A stretch of DNA of 64,000 nt, from assembly GCF_018977255.1 (NCBI RefSeq), contig NW_024704743.1, forward strand, positions 112,966,001 through 113,030,000, given 5' to 3'. The notes under the pieces are model-generated. The model searched no databases and was not told the origin of the DNA. It worked only from the letters and a program-made list of their open reading frames with translations. Each line of letters starts with the position of its first letter. Position 1 is the first letter of the stretch. Positions 62,600 through 64,000 of this stretch are shown here, one piece after another. Position numbers and translations under genes: made by a program. This DNA comes from Callorhinchus milii (lineage: Eukaryota).

Positions 62600-64000
62600 A
62601 GATATTTAAATTGTCGAACTATCTGTTAAATGTTTTGACGTTTGAAAAAAATTGTTGAACGTGTATCGTATGTGGGATTGGTTCAACCCAAAAAATATAA
62701 CTACGTTTGCCAAACTAAGCTGTTTGGTCAGGATTTCATATTACCCTGCACCTTACAAAAATATTAAATGTATATTGATGTATACAGAAGTGCAATAAAG
62801 TGTCAAAAGTCTTCATTGGAATGCATTTAAGAACTGAAAATTACACTCTGGTTTCTCAATGTTGATATTGCTTCTGTGCCAGTAAACTTTAAATTGGAAA
62901 ATTCTGCAGTTCCCCAAATCCTCAGAATATTCGAGTTTAAAAGGAAGATAGGAAATTATAGAGGAACAGTAGGAGGGATGCAACAATCCTATCTATGTTC
63001 ATAGTATCTGAAAGGCTAAATTTATGCAATTTATTAGATAATAAATTGGGAAGACAGATTAGAGAACTGGGAAATTACAAAAGATGTTTTGTTACCTTTC
63101 ACAGATTAACACTGTGGTCAAATTCCAGATCCATTCATTTTGCCTGGCCTCAGAAATCTTTCACACAAGTAAATGTCAGTATATTTTATGAAGAAACCAA
63201 ATTAAATGACTTGGTACCTGGGCCTGGTGGGTACACACAAAAACCTCAGATGTCAGAGAGGAAATAGGACAGTATTTACCTAATATTTTAGTTACTACAT
63301 AAACTCTGAAGGGGTGCTGGAGGATAGAATATATCATGACAATCAAAATAATAGAATATTTTAGAGCAGTTAGCTCAAAATTCAGTGGGAAAATGTTTCA
63401 GAGCAGGATATAGGATGTTATTAGGGCTCATCCTCAGGATGTGAGCCTGTTATTGCTGATATGCAGAAACAAGTACAAATTGTTGGCAGGTCTCCATTAA
63501 TGGAGGAATTGTCTGATAGTTTCCCTCCAGGCATTTCATCCTTCCAAAACTAAATTCATCTGTTGAACTGGAGAAAGGCAAGTATGGCTTAGTAATCTTT
63601 TTGAAAACCATTACGGAGAAACTTGCAGCATTATTCAGTTGGGAAGGTACATCAAAAACAGTTAAGGCCAGGCAAAACAATGCATAGCAGTATGGGAAGA
63701 GAATAGTGCAAATAAGTTTTGCTGACAAAAAACATGGAGGTAATTTAATTTTGTTTTAAAATTGATTTACAGCATAACTAATTGGTATCTAAATCTCTGA
63801 AGCAGTCTTAGTGATTGCACTAATATCAGTTCAATACATACATGCATTTAAAAGCAGATCAAATATTGTAACAATGCCTTCCCTTTACTGTAACAATGAT
63901 CTATAGATAAAACCATTGGGAATCTGAACGCTCAGGCTTGAAAATTTGCAAGATTTAATGCAGATATGTCGGAAATGCCACAATACAACAGTTGCTGAAC

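Noticed and set aside
63450..63728. 92-aa minus-strand ORF as an exon of a neighbouring gene such as SBSPON
   Set aside because: TTG start, no recognisable somatomedin-B or thrombospondin motifs, and no supporting exon chain in the window.

Overview
Eukaryotic (vertebrate) genomic DNA. The CR1/L2 LINE and tRNA/Deu-domain SINE content suggests a cartilaginous fish, possibly a chimaera (inference). The window holds a three-gene block. (1) The 5' part of RDH10 on the minus strand: three coding exons at 31684-31235, 2863-2765 and 367-222, with a 28.4-kb first intron; the gene continues off the left edge. (2) A complete RPL7 on the plus strand, head-to-head with RDH10: six coding exons, 247 aa, TCT/5'TOP start and a non-coding last exon. 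(3) A complete six-exon C8orf89-like gene on the plus strand (43041-62599), assembled by hand from splice phases. The rest is mostly CR1 and L2 fragments, two tRNA-derived SINE families, an unclassified A-tailed repeat and tandem repeats. Nearly all ORFs in the supplied track are repeat-derived or spurious. I see no clearly new multi-gene system. The best leads are: a possible frame-switching 52-nt exon that would give the C8orf89-like gene two alternative N-termini from one dual-frame exon; an RDH10 first exon lacking the intron and ~25-aa insert of bony-vertebrate RDH10; a degenerate copy of RPL7 exon 2 in intron 2; a G-rich minisatellite visibly derived from a CR1 3' end; and a SINE subfamily whose 3' loop matches the local L2 LINE. 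Repeat boundaries are approximate. Comparisons with human genes are from memory, not from a search.
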